The notes under the pieces were generated by a model. The model was not told the origin of the DNA. It saw only the letters and a program-made list of their open reading frames with translations, and did not search any database. DNA of 64,000 bases from Chiloscyllium plagiosum (lineage: Eukaryota): NCBI RefSeq assembly GCF_004010195.1, contig NC_057750.1, positions 16,260,550-16,324,549 on the forward strand. Reading direction: 5' to 3'. Positions 37,776 through 50,880 of this stretch are shown one piece after another (position 1 is the first letter of the stretch; each line of letters opens with the position of its first letter). Made by a program: the position numbers and the translations under genes.

Positions 37776-38635
37776 TCTGGTCCGCTCTATAATTATTCTG
37801 GTCGCCATTATTGATACTCACTTCCAATTGCTGATTTGTCTATTCCACCAGTTGCTGTGGGGAATTTTAATCCATATCCTCAAAGCATTAGCCTGAGACA
37901 CTGCATTACTAGACAACTGACATTACCATTAATGCCACTGCCTTCCTTCGATGCTGCATTTAATTTGGATTGAACCTGAGCCTGTATCATTTTCAAATGT
38001 TGAAGTATATTTTGAAAAAAATTCCATACAACTTCTTTACAGGCCTGTCTCTCTCCCCACCGCAAACATTTGTCATGCACACTTCAAAATAAATGCAGTT
38101 TATCCAACTCTGTCACTTTTAAAGTTTGTTACATTGCACTCATTTGTCCTGCAACAATTCTGAAGAAGTTTAATATTCATTGCAATATTCAGAATTCTGT
38201 TTGAAAATTGTCACCCTGGCCATATGCTCTCATCAATGTTGTGCAAAGTTTTCAAAAGTGCATTGCTTACTATGTTTAGGTCAGTTGAGACCTCAGACAA
38301 CCCTGCATCCACCAACAAGGGTGGCTGTTTTTTGGGTATTATAACAAAATCCGTTGTCCACTACAGTATGCCATTGTCTGCAGTAATTTTTGTTTTCCAC
38401 CCTTTGGTCCCGGTATCCTCATGGCCTGATAACCTCTTCCCCTCCTGATCAGATCCATCTGAACGCATGGCTCTGGAGTGCAACACGGTAAAAGTGACAA
38501 GCATTGCACCTGACAGTAGAGAGTATCACTGTCCTTCTACAGTGTCATGGATGGACCTTGGTTTTTGCTTGGGGCCTAGCACAAGAGTGTCAGTAATCAA
38601 GATGTATGAGGGGCTTACTCTAACACCTGACTATC

Positions 38636-38755
38636 TTTTTTTCTCTCTCTTCTCTCTCCCTCTTCTTCTTCTATCTCTCTCTCTTCTCTCTCTCTTCTCT
38701 CTCTCTTTTCTCTCTCTCCTCTGACTCCTTTCCTTTTGATTCCCTTCTCTTTTGT
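38636..38755. repeat. Imperfect (CT)n polypyrimidine low-complexity tract
   Basis: ttctctctcttctctctccctcttcttcttctatctctctct... Confidence 0.9.
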
Positions 38756-39052
38756 GCGCACACCCCATCTTTTTAAATCTCTTCTATGGTCATATATCCA
38801 ACCCCCATCCCCCTTCATCCAATTCTTCTCTCACTCCTCTTCTACCTCATTCTTTTCCTCTGTTAACTATTTCCTTTCAGCACCAGTCACTCCGTAGCAT
38901 AGTGAACACACTCCTGGCTTGCGTATCCTATCCCACTGTTCTTTGTCGCGCTTTATGCATTTTCCCCCCTCTTCTCACGCTCTCATTCTTGCGCTCTTGT
39001 ACGCATTGCTCCTCTCCAAACACAAGTTAACACCTGAAACTCTGTCCTGAAT

Positions 39053-40328
39053 CATTAAGCAGTCATCTGGTTCAGCTGTTCCTCAGCATTAACATTAGAA
39101 TAAAAAACAAATCAGGGATCATTCAGCAGGACTCCGAATGATTGATTAACACTTCTTTTTTTGTTTGAATAAGATCAGCCGCCAAAATGCTAATACTCAC
39201 TCTCTGAGGAGCATTTAGTAATCATTGTGCAGTCAGTACTGCCAATCTGGCTCCTCCTCCCAGCCACACATGGAGGAAGAGAATGGCTCACAGAATCACC
39301 AGCTGTACCTAGATTAGCAGTATACTGCTCTCCATTGTCTGACGTGGACAATCGTATAAAACTCAGACATTTCTGCTCAGATGGCTTAACCCTTTCACAG
39401 ATGCCTTAAATTTACCAGCCATTTCCTTGTCCATTATGACTGAACCAGTTTGATTTTCCTAAGTAACAGGTTTCTTATCTGTCAAAGATGACTCTGGTTC
39501 AGGTAAGTTTCCAGAGATCCTGGCACTCAAGGGTATTGAAGTAATTTTCAGAATTCATCATCGCTAGTTTCAGTGAGCTACTTGAGTGTGAAGGCATGAT
39601 AGTTGACCCTGGTTCACAAACACTTATTGGCCAATGTGTCACTGTTCTCTCCAACACACACGACCAAGTTTCAACCTCATGACCTCATGTTTGCTATTGT
39701 AACCACCAGTGTTCACTGCCAGTGCATAGCCAGCGTATCACCTTAATTTACCATTGGTACCAGTGAAACTCTTGCTTGCACCTTCTATACCCCAGTTGCT
39801 TCAAACCCTGCAGCTTGAATCCTTTGACATACAAAGACTGGCCTTCTTCTCATCAAGCTCCATTGGTTCACATGCTGAAAGTAATTTTCTACAATACTGA
39901 TATCTACTTGGAAATGTAGAAAATTGCCACACATGTCCACAAAAATCAGGACAAATCCAACATGGCCAGTTACTGCCAGTTGGTCTATTTCAGAATGATG
40001 GTAGGTGTTGTCACTGGCGCTATCAAGTAGATTTTGCTGAGCAATAACCTGCTCCACCAGAACTATTTGTGTTCTTATCTCATTATAGCCTTGATCCAAA
40101 TATGTAGAAAAAAGTTGAAGTCCAGAGCTGAGGCAAGAGCAGTTCTCTAGACATCCAGGCAGTATTTGATGGAATCAAGGAGCCCTGGAACAACTGGAGT
40201 AAATGGAATTTGAGGGGAATTTTCTCCACTTTGCAAAACTCATTCGGAGTCCTGCTGAATGATCCCTGATTTGTTTTTTATTCTAATGTTAATGCTGAGG
40301 AGCAGCTGAACCAGATGACTGCTTAATG
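39053..40328. repeat. 89-bp inverted repeat pair (39053-39141 and 40240-40328), 1 mismatch, 1098-bp spacer
   Basis: cattaagcagtcatctgg...actccgaatga is the reverse complement of tcattcggagt...ctgcttaatg apart from one T/C difference. Confidence 0.95.
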
Positions 40329-40499
40329 GTTTGGTTGTTGGAGCTGAATGTTTCGATACCACAGAATTATTTGCAGAAGTTCTTCAGTGTAGTGACCTAA
40401 GCCCAACCATTTTCAGTTTCTTCAGCACTGACTTTCCCACCATCATTAAAGTCAGATGTGGAGGTGTTTGCTGAATGCACAATTTTTAGCAGGGAAGAC

Positions 40500-43030
40500 C
40501 CATGACCTAGTTGAATTATCGCTAGACTATTAATCCAGTGACCCAGATAATGTTTTGGGGACCCAGGTTTGAATCCCACCACAGTAGATGGTGGAATTTT
40601 TAAATTCAATTTTTTAAAATCTGGAATTAAGAATCTACTGATGACCATGAAACCATTGTCGATTGTTGGAAAAGCCTGTCTGGTTCACTGATGTCCTTGA
40701 GAGAAGGACATCTGCCATCCTCACCTGGTCTGGTCTACGTGTGACTCCAGACCCACAGCAATGTGGTTGACTCTCAATTGCCCTCTGAAATGGCCTTGCA
40801 AGCCATTCAGTTGTACCAGTTCCTACAAAGGCACCGAAATGAAACCAGATGGATCACTAAGCATTGATCTAGGCACCGGAAAAGACAACGGCAGAAACAG
40901 CCCTGTCGACCCTGCAAAGTCCTCCTCTCCAACACCTGGGGGCTCGTGCCAAAATTGGGGAAGCTGTCTCTAAGACTAGTCAAGCAACACCTGACATAGT
41001 TAGACTCTCAGAATCATACCTTAAGACAATGTCACAGACACCACCAGCAGGGCATCCAGCAGAAGCGGTGGCATATTAGTGTACAGTCAGGAGGGATTGC
41101 TCCCGGAGTCCTCAACATTGACTCCGGACCCCATGAAGTCTCATGGCTTCAGGTTAAACATGGGCAAGGAAACCCCCGCTGATTAACATGTTAATGTCCT
41201 CCCTCAGCTGCTGAATCAGTACTCTGCATGTTGAACAACACTGAGAGGAAGCACTGAGGATAGCAATGGCATAAAATGTACTCCGGGCTCCGGGCAGAGG
41301 ATTTCAATGTCCACCACCAAGAGTGGCTTGGCAGTAGTACTACTGATGGAGCTGGTCAGGTCCTAAAAGACATAGTTGCTAGACTGGGTAAGTGGCAGGT
41401 AGTGAGGGAACCAACAAGTGGTAAAAACATACTTGACCTCATCCTTACCAATCTGCCAGCTGCAAATGCATTTGTCCATGGCAGTAATGATAAGAGTGAC
41501 CGTCACACTCATTGAGAATAACCTCCATTGTGTTGTGTGGCATTATCACTGTGCTAAATGGGACAAACCTCAAACAGATCTAGTCACTCAAGACACTGGG
41601 CATCCATGAGGCGCTGTGAGCTATTAGCAGCAGCAGAATTGTACTCCACAGTCTAACCTTATGGCTCGGCATATCCCCCACTCAACCATTACCATCAAGC
41701 CAGGGAATCAAACCTGGTTCAATGAAGAGTGCAGGAGAGCATGACAAGAACAGCACTAGGCATACCTGGTGATGCGATGTCAACCTGCTGAAGCCATCAA
41801 ACAGGACTACTTGCATGTCAAACAGCACAATCAGCAAGTGATAAACAGATTTAAGTGATCCCATGACCAACTGAACAGATCTAAGCTCTGCAGTCCTGCC
41901 ATATCCAGTCGTGAATGGTGGGGGATGATTAAGTGATCCACCTCCATTGGTAGGGAAGGGTCCACAAATATCCCCATCCTCAATGATGGAAGAGACCAGC
42001 AAGTCGGTGCAAAGGTAAGGCTGAAGCTTTCGCAGCAATTTTCAGCCAGAACTGCGGAGTAGATGATCCATTTCTGCCTACCCAGTGGTACCTGGCAATG
42101 CTGATACCAGTTTTCAGCCAATTCAATTCACTCCACGTGATATTAAGAAACAGTTGGAGGCAGTAAATACTTCAAAGGCTACAGGCCCTGACAACAATCC
42201 AGCAATAGCAATGAAGACTTGGTGCTCAAGAACTGGCTGCTCCCCTTGCCAAGCTGTTCCAGTACAGTTAGAACACTGGCATCTACCCAACAGTAGGAAA
42301 AATTGCCCAACTGTGTCCTGTACGTAAAAAGCAGGACAAATCCAACCCTGCCAATTGATCATCAGTAAGGTGATGGAAGGTTTGATCGACAGTGTTATCA
42401 AACATTACCTGCTCAGCGATGCCCTGTTTGGGTTCCGCCAGGATCACTCAGCTCCTGATTTCAATACAGACTTGGTTCAAATAGGGACAAAAGAGATGAA
42501 TTCCAGAGGTGAGTGTGACATCACGGAGCCCCAGCAAAACCAGAACTAATTGGGGACCAGTTGCGGGGGCGGAGAGAGCCAGTGAGCTTTCCGGTGGCTA
42601 GTCATACCTGACACGTAAGATGGTCGTGGTTGTTTGAAGTCAGTTATCTCAGCTCCAGGACATCTCTGCTGGAGTTCCTCAGGGTAGTGTCCTAGGCCCA
42701 ACTATCTTCATCTGCTTTATCAGTGACCACCACCGCCACCACCCCTGTGATCAAACCTGTGGTCTCGACCACCTAGAAGGACAAATGCTATGAATGCATA
42801 GTAGGATCAGCTGCAAGTTCCCCTCCAAGCCCCCCTCCATACTGACATGAACTACGTTGTAATTATTTCATTGTTGCCGAGTCAAAATCCTGGAACACTC
42901 TTCCTGACATCACTGTGAGTGTTCCTTCATCACATGGATTGCAGGTCATCAAGAACGTCTCAAAGACAATTAGGAATGGGCAATAAATGCTGATTTAGCC
43001 AGCGATGCCCACATCTCATGAACGTATAAA
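40500..43030 (+). mobile_element. Internally deleted L2/CR1-group LINE with a tRNA-SINE-like 5' region
   Basis: B-box-like ggtttgaatccc near 40567. APE remnants (PDIV.LSESYL, DFNVHHQEWLG, NILDLILTN) and RT remnants (IISKVMEG, FGFRQDHSAPD, GVPQGSVLGP). 3' tail shared with 7640-7715. Confidence 0.75.
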
Positions 43031-43520
43031 AGTAATTTTCTTTATCCTCTGCTTGCCGTAGGCACTTCATAGATTTCATAGATGCTTCGTAGACTGATAC
43101 CAATGAAAAAGATTTTCTGTACTCCAATTTCTGATTCCGCATTGGAGGCTGAACTTGAAGAATTCTTTCTCTGAGGCTAGTGATTCTTTGAAATTTTTTG
43201 CCTCCAAGAGTTGTGGAGATTGGGGTCATTAGGAACATTCAAGACTGATACTGATTTTTTTTAATCAAGAAGGATGTAGAGCGTTGTGGAGAAAAGGCAG
43301 GAAAATGGCATTGAGGATTATTTGGTTAGTTCTGATTTCATTGAGCGGCAGAGCAGATTTCTTGGATTGAATGGTCCATATCTTATAAGAACATTAAATA
43401 GGAGCAGGAATAGATCAGTCATCCTCACTCCTGCCTGCCATTCTATACAATCATGCAAATGTGTCCAGGCCTCAACCTCTCTGTCATAGCAGCTTTTCAT
43501 AGTCCTATAATTCCTCAATA

Positions 43521-43724
43521 CACGTAGTTCCTCTATAACATGATGGTTACGTTCTTGTACTACCCCACATTATAGAAAAATCATGCTTTAGAAACAGCGA
43601 GTATTAGCAATGTAATCTTGTTACAGCCAGCACATATTTTAGAAGTTTGAGCTTTAGACAGTGTCCCCAATATGTCAATCGCAAATTCATGTTAACAAAA
43701 CACACATTACAGCAGAATGACCTG
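43521..43724. mobile_element. Tc1/mariner-pogo-type MITE
   Basis: TA on both sides (43519-20, 43725-26); imperfect TIRs cacgtagttcctctataa versus caggtcattctgctgtaa (reverse complement of the right end). Confidence 0.6.
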
Positions 43725-44569
43725 TATTTCAAAAATTTACCACCTCTTTAAATACCTTGTGATCTAGCCACCACAATTTACAGGATAGACAATTCCAAGC
43801 ATTCACTACCCTCTGGGAGAAGAAATGCTTATATATCTCAGTTTTCAACAGCAGTCCCTAGGCTTTGTAACTGTCCCCTGATTTGATATTCCCCTACTAG
43901 GGGAAATATCTTCTCAACATCTATCCTGTCAAGCACTCAAGATTGTATGCTTCAATGAGATTGAGCCCTTCATTCTTCTAAATGTTCTTGATTAAAGGTA
44001 TAAACTGTTGTCAATATGTCAACCCCTTCATTCCAGAAAGCAGCGCAGTCAATCATTTTGTTGAACTGTCTTCAGTATTGATATATTGTTCCTTAAATAA
44101 AGGGTCCAAAAGTATACACTAGACTTTACATGTATTTGCACCAACACCATTTACAGTTATAACCGGACTTCCTTTTTTTAAAACTCCAACCCCCTCTACT
44201 AATGGCCAAAATTTCTGCATCTTTCTCCATTCTTGCTTTCCACATCTGTCTGACGTTTATTTATATTGACTTTTTCTCATGCTTACCCTTCACTTCCTCT
44301 TTTTTGCTTCTCACTTACCTTTGCATACCTTTTCACTCATCTCACATAATGAAATTTCCATTTAGTAGCAGTATGAGGAAGGTGGGCCAGAGGTTGGACT
44401 CCTCAGTTCACAAGACATTCAAACAGAATTTCTGAAGAGAACAGCCTTTACCATCAGAATGGGGTTTCATTATCAGAGCTTTCAAATGAGTATGGGGCGA
44501 TGGACTTGGGTATAGAGTGGGAGCAGGTACTTTAAAGAACTCAAGTGCAGGAAACTGACTAGCTCCCTC

Positions 44570-46345
44570 CTGTTAGGGTGAAAGGGAAGGCTGGTAAGTA
44601 TTGAGAATGCTGGATGACTAAAGAGATTGAGGGTTTGGTTAAGAAAAAAACAAGGAAGCATATGTCAGGTATAGACAGGATAGATCAAGTGAATTCTTAG
44701 AGTATAAAGGCAGTGGGATTGTATTTAAGAGGGAAATTGGGAGGGCAAAAAGGGGACATGAGATAGCTTTGGCAAATAGAATTAAGGAGAATCCAAAGGA
44801 TTTTTACAAATACATTAAGGGCAAAAGGGTAACTAGGGAGAGAATAGGTCCCCTCAAAGATCAGCAAGGCGGCCTTTGTGTGGAGCCACAGAAAATGGGC
44901 GAGATACTAAATGAATATTTTGCATCAGTATTTACTTTGGTGGTAAGGACAATCCAGGGAACTATAGACCAGTGAACCTGACCTCGGTGGTGGGCAAGTT
45001 GTTGGAGGGAATCCTGAGGGACAGGATGTACATGTATTTGGAAAGGCAAGGACTGATTAGGGATAGTCAGCGTGGCTTTGTGAATGGGAAGTCATGTCTC
45101 ACAAACTTGAATGAGTTTTTTTGAAGAAGTAACAAGGAGGATTGATGAGGGCAGAGCAGTAGAAGTGATCTATATGGACTTCAGTAAGGCGTTCAACAAG
45201 GTTCCCCATGGGAGACTAGTTAGCAAGGTTAGATCTCATGGAATACAGGGAGAACTAGCCATTTGGATACAGAACCGGCTCAAAGGTAGAAGACAGAGGG
45301 TGGTGGTGGACGGTTATTTTTCAGATTTGGAGGCCTATGACCAGTGGAGTGCCACAAGAATCTGTGCTGGGTCCACTACTTTTCATCATTTATATAAATG
45401 ATTTGGATGTGAGCTTAAGAGGTATAGTTGTAAGTTTGCAGATGGCACCAAAATTGGAGGTGTAGTAGACAGTGAAGAAGGTTACCTTTGATTACAGTGG
45501 GATCTTGATTAGATGGGCCAATGGGCTGAGGAGTGGCAGATCGAGTTTAATTTAGATAAATGTGAGGTGTCGTATTTTGAGAAAGCAAATCTTAGCAAAA
45601 GTTATATATTTAAATGGTAAGGTCCATGGGAGTGTTGCTGAACAAAGAGACCTTGGAGTACGGCTTCACAGCTTCTTCAAAATAGAGTCGCAGGTTGATA
45701 GGATAGTGAAGAAGGCATTTGGTATGCTTTCCTTTATTGCTCAGAGTATTGAGTACAGGAGTTGGGAGGTCATGTTGCGCTGTACAGTACATTGGTTCGG
45801 CCACTTTTGGAAAATTGCGTGCAATTCTGGTCTCCTTCCTAGCGGAAGGATGTTGTGAAACTTGAAAGGGTTCAGAAGAGATTTACGAGGATGTTACCAG
45901 GGTTGGAGGATTTGAGCTATAGGGAGAGGCTGAACAGGCTGGGGCTGTTTTCCCTGGAGTGTCGGAGGCTACGGGGTGACCTTGTAGAGGTTTATAAAAT
46001 CATGAGGGGCATGGATAGGGTAAATAGGCAAAATTTTTCCCTGAGGTGGGGGAATCCAGATCTAGAGGGCATAGGTTTAGGGTGAGAGGGGAAAGATATA
46101 AAAGAGACCTACGGGACAACTTTTTCACACAGAGGGTGGTATGTGTATGGAATGAGCTGCCAGAGGAAGTGGTGGAGGTTGGTACAATTGCAACATTTAA
46201 GAGGCATTTGGATGGGTATAGGAATAGGAAGGGTTTGGAGGGATATGGGTGCTGGCAGGTGGGACTAAATTGGGTTGGAATAACTGGTCGGCATGGACGA
46301 GTTGGACTGAAGGGTCTGTTTCCGTGCTGTACATCTCTATGATTT
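44570..46345 (+). mobile_element. CR1/HER1 LINE ORF2 3' part with internal deletion near 44938
   Basis: [71 protein letters not shown]; 3' UTR. Confidence 0.95.
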
Positions 46346-48094
46346 TGGGGCTCTGAACTTTTCAAACTAAACAACGCTGTTAGTTGTTAAGTCGCTCATT
46401 CTGGAAAGTGCATATTTAGTGGAGATGCAGAATTGTAATTGATCTTCACATCCCCTTTTGTAATCATTGTCAAAACCAAATGTCAAGAAGTCTTTTTAAA
46501 ATAAAATTATAGGATGTGGGCGTCACTGGCTCGACCAATATTTATTGTCCATCCTAAATTAAGATCTGCTGAGACATTGCAAAGTGTCTGCTCCCTTTGG
46601 ATCCCTGCTGAGAAGGAAAAATGAGAGTAGAATGTGGTCAAATGTATTTGGCATAGAATAACTTTGTTGAAGTTAAGCACACTTGCATTTGCTTTTATAG
46701 GTTTATGGTATATTTAGTCACCTGTGCATTGACTTATTGTGATTATTATCAAGCTCTGTGTCAAGATAATGGTTAACTAGAAGCGTGTCAGAAAAGTGGT
46801 GATTGTTTGGGAAGGTTATTTGAGATTATGATCTCAAAACTTACTGCTGAACTTCTGTTCATTTTCAACATTCAAAAGTAAAACAATGCATGAAAGTAGA
46901 GGCAAAATTGGATGATTCACATGGGGGAGAAAATGAGTGCATATTTTGAAGCTCACCTTGAAGTTAAATTTTATTTAGTGTGAAATACCAAAATTTCAAT
47001 TGGTGGCTGCATGGAGTTGTTTTAGATTTTTTTAAATTGTTCTAAATCTGATCATAGCACTTTTTTCCTACCAGAATTTCCTTTTGCTGCTTAAGCTCAA
47101 AATACACCAATTATTTCTGACCTCCCATTTTCATTTGTGTTAGTTTCTCTCCAAAATCTAGCTGAAGTGGCTATTTATGATTTGCAGTCCTAGGTAATAC
47201 ATACATCATACCCTTCAGTATCTTGCTGAAGTGGCTGTTGTTTGTGTTAGCTTTGGCCATGAGAGTCCAGTGTTATTGACCGCCAATGTGTGAAGCTATG
47301 CAGCCAGCCCAAAGTAAATTTACTAGTTTGCTAAGACCACCACCAAGAAGATCTATTCTCACTGGGCAGGTGGCTTTAATAAATCCAGTACATTTCTCTG
47401 GGTTGGTAGCAGCTGTGTGACTATCTTGAGTCATCAGCATGAAAGCCCAATGTAAAATCAACTTTAGAAATTCTGGGCGCAGAATTCACTCTCCACTCTC
47501 TATTTCAGAGAATCTTGTCTTTTTCAAAAGCTCTTTCAGTCCTTTTCAAGATATTGGCTCCTGTTGAAAATCCTACTGCCACCACAGCTGAACCCAATTT
47601 TGTTCTCAATCAAGTAGGTTTCTAATGGCAGTTTTAATTGCGAACATGTTGACTGTGGCTGTGTGTATTGAGGTCAAACTTGCATTTGGAAAGCACAAAA
47701 GCAAAGTACTGCAGGTCTGGATGTTTAAACAGCAAAAGTTAGAAATATTAAGCAAGTCACAGAGCTAACATTGACCTTTCAACAGAACTGGGACAAGTTA
47801 TTGGTACGTACTCCTTTTGTCTGTGTTCCATTAATTGTTTTTTGTTATTTAATGCTTACTGTCCTACTGTTTTGTTCTTTTACCACCTTTCCCACTTGCT
47901 TCATTTCTAACTTTCCCACTTCTAAAGACTTAAAAGGTCTGATGTGAGATCACCACTGACATCCACAAAACTGGCAGATAATGTTGTCGTCATTAGAACC
48001 TTTGCAACTGTGCCGTCTCTGGCTGTTTTCTGTGTATGTTGGATATTACTGGTCTACCATCAACAGTAAAACTAAACACTCTGAACCCTTTCTT

Positions 48095-48200
48095 CTGAAG
48101 AACGGTGACTCAACCTGAAATGTTAATTCTGATTTCTTGTACAGATGCCACCAGACTTGCTGAGCTTTTCCAGCAATTTCTCTTTTGTTTCTGATTCACA
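48095..48200 (+). mobile_element. PLE terminal fragment with decayed hammerhead motif
   Basis: CTGAAGA-A-CGGT-GACTCA-ACCT-GAAATGTT followed by cagatgccaccagacttgctgagcttttccagc. Related pieces at about 12505-12590, 31360-31490 and 54550-54870. Confidence 0.55.
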
Positions 48201-48544
48201 GTTCTTTTGGTTTTTACTCTGAACCATATTTCATTGTTAGTAATGCAGAAGCTTATTCCATTTCTTTTCTTAAGATGTCCTTGTATTGTTTGTGCTAACC
48301 ACCTTGATTTCATTTACCCTGAGATAGTTCCCTGTAGATTATCTGCTTTGGGATTCTGTTTTTGCCAGTATGGGAGACATGGTCTGTACTTTCTGAAGTG
48401 TTTTCTCCATGCGGTTGAGCCATCACAATGCGAGACCTTATTTATAATTTTGTTCTGCCATTGAATTCTTGTTTTGGACTTTGTTTAATGGGAACATTCC
48501 AGAGTTGCTGATTGCTGATCTAGGATGCTGCATTAAAGAGGCAA

Positions 48545-49015
48545 AGAGTCATACAGCACGGAAACAGACCCTTTGGTCCAACCAGTCCATGCCGAACATA
48601 ATCCCAAACTAAACTAGTCCCGCCTGCCTGCTCCTATCCAAGTCTCTTTTAAACATTGTAATTGTACCTGCGTCCACCATCTCCTCAGGAAGTTCATTCC
48701 ACATGCGGACCACCCTTTGTGTAAAAACATTTGACTCTTAAAAACTTTTTAAAAATCCCTCTCCTCTTGCCTTAAAAACATGCACCCAAGTCTTGAAATT
48801 CTCCATCTTAGGGAAAAGACAATTACCATCGACTCTATCTGTACCGCTCATTATTTTATAAACTTCTATCAGGTCGCCTCTCAACCTCCTATGCTCCAGT
48901 GAAAAAAGTCCAGCCTTTCTTTATAATTCAAATCATTCATACCCAGCAACGTCCTGTTAAATCTTTTCTAAATCCTCTCCAGCTTGATAATATCCTTTCT
49001 ATAATTGGGTGACCA
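48545..49015 (-). mobile_element. CR1 3' fragment
   Basis: Reverse complement of the CR1 ORF2 end and 3' UTR. Confidence 0.85.
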
Positions 49016-49453
49016 GTCTTTGTGGGTTTTTTATATTCTATCTGATCTTCTGACCTACCTCCTCTCTCTTGCATAATTGTCTTTTTTTAAGATTTGTACT
49101 GTCTTCAACTTTTCGTTAACCATGGATGGCGGGTCTAACTCTAAGAACTTTTCTTACGTGCTGGAATATATCAATTCAGCACTTTCTGAAATATCCCCTT
49201 AAACTTTTGCCATGGCATCTCTATTGACCTATTAATCTAAGTTGCCCGTTCTGTATTCTTACATGATGGTTAGAACGTACGGAAGTAGGCCATTTGGTTT
49301 TGAGTGATCTGTGCCATCCCCTGACATAAGTACAAGTTTATGAGGTCATCGCTATAGCCTCATTGAAAAATGATGGACAGTTCATTTAGAGAAAAAGTGC
49401 CTTAAACATTTGTGAATAAGTTCAACTCAAAAAATGTTTTTAATGCTTTGCAG

Positions 49454-49512
49454 ATCCTCCTATCGTACAGCAATTGCGAAGAACATATCGCTACTTCAAA
49501 GATTACAGGCAG
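49454..49512 (+). CDS. TIMM50: TIMM50 coding exon (59 nt, (D)[19 protein letters not shown])
   Basis: tttgcag acceptor and gtgggt donor. Translation matches TIMM50 [20 protein letters not shown] and restores frame after the 22-nt exon. Not present in the ORF track. Confidence 0.96.
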
Positions 49513-50760
49513 GTGGGTGTATCCAGAATATGCAGTATGCACAGCATATCGTTCTGCTGTCATAGAGTCATAAAGATCATGCAGTGTGTCATGGTACACC
49601 TATTCATTGACTTGTAGGTCGGTATAAAGTGTCTCCATGATGAGGTATCCTTCTGTCCAAATCAACTGGCAAGTTTCTAATGCCACAAGCCCATATCCAT
49701 AAAAATGGTGGGAAGCTGTTGTTCAGTTGCAAACATTTGATAGATTGAGACTTGACATGTGACAGGTTACCACAGAAGTTGGGCACACTGGTCTCAACTT
49801 CCATGTTACCACATGCTGCAAACTTTTGTCAAAGCTCTTCATCTCCTATCCAATTGATGAATTTAGCAAACTACTGCATTCACTGAGGTAATAAGTGATC
49901 GTTAATCAGTTCTCACTTTCAACCCATGTAGTACAATTGGATCTTGGTGTTCTGAATTTCTGGGGAATTAAAACTTATTGGAAGCTGTTTTGCCAGTTGA
50001 TCTGTTTCTTGTGATCTGTATCTGAGAGTCTGTTATGGTATGCAGTCGTCAAAACCAGCAATAACATTTTCTTTTGTTGCTGGATGTTGTCGCATTTTGG
50101 TAGGTATGCATTGGGATAGGGAGTGGAATCTGTGAAAATGTTAAAATGAATGCTTCATTAATGCAGTGTAACCAATGCCACTGATAATAAAGTTGAAGTG
50201 AACCAGGTGATGCTGATATTGGGGCTTCCCTGAAGTTTTGGTTGAAAGGAAATGCATTTAACCTCAGATATGTAAACCACATACTGACCAGTAGACTGGG
50301 CTGAAAACTAGGCCTAAAAATGCACAAAATAGTATCCCTGCCATCCAAATCTGAGCAGTTGCTGCTGGAGGCAAAGAGCAGAACCAGCTGACTGCCACGT
50401 TCTTGCTTCACCTCCACAATTAATGGAATATTAAGATTACTTGTGTTGGCATTGGTGGATATTAAGATCTTGCTGTGCTTGGTTGACCTTCGGTATATGT
50501 TGAGGTTCAGGTGTGTAGTAATCCCCTGGCAGCTGGGGCTAGACTTGCATGCAACAGATTTGTGAATGCAACAATAGAAAACCAGTAGCACTGAGGTTGT
50601 CATCAATAGGTGGGTGGGAAGCTCTGAAAAGAAATCTTCCTTTCCCTGCCACTTTAGACTGATCAAAGTATTTTTTTTTTTTACAAATTTGCCCTTGTAA
50701 TATAAGCTGTTGCATGTTTCTTTGATCTGATCCTTTTCTTTTATTCCTTTCTTTCCCCAG

Positions 50761-50880
50761 ATGATAATTGAGCCCACCAGTCAGAAGTTGTTGCCAGACC
50801 CCCTTAAAGAGCCATATTACCAGCCACCGTATACTGTTGTGTTAGAGCTAACAGATGTGCTTTTGCACCCAGAGTGGTCG
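50761..50880 (+). CDS. TIMM50: TIMM50 coding exon (120 nt, [40 protein letters not shown]), start of FCP1/NIF-like domain
   Basis: Pyrimidine tract ending ccccag, gtaagt donor; near-identical to TIMM50 [40 protein letters not shown]. Confidence 0.97.

Noticed and set aside
38467..39030. Leu/Ser-rich and Arg/Glu-rich ORFs
   Set aside because: Translations of a CT microsatellite / low-complexity tract.
39053..40328. DNA transposon with 89-bp TIRs
   Set aside because: No TSD and no transposase. The LINE relic reads through the right arm, and the arms are much more alike than the decayed interior would predict.
50049..50777. 242-aa ORF on -
   Set aside because: No recognisable domain; its start is the antisense of the TIMM50 acceptor tract. 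Likely chance.
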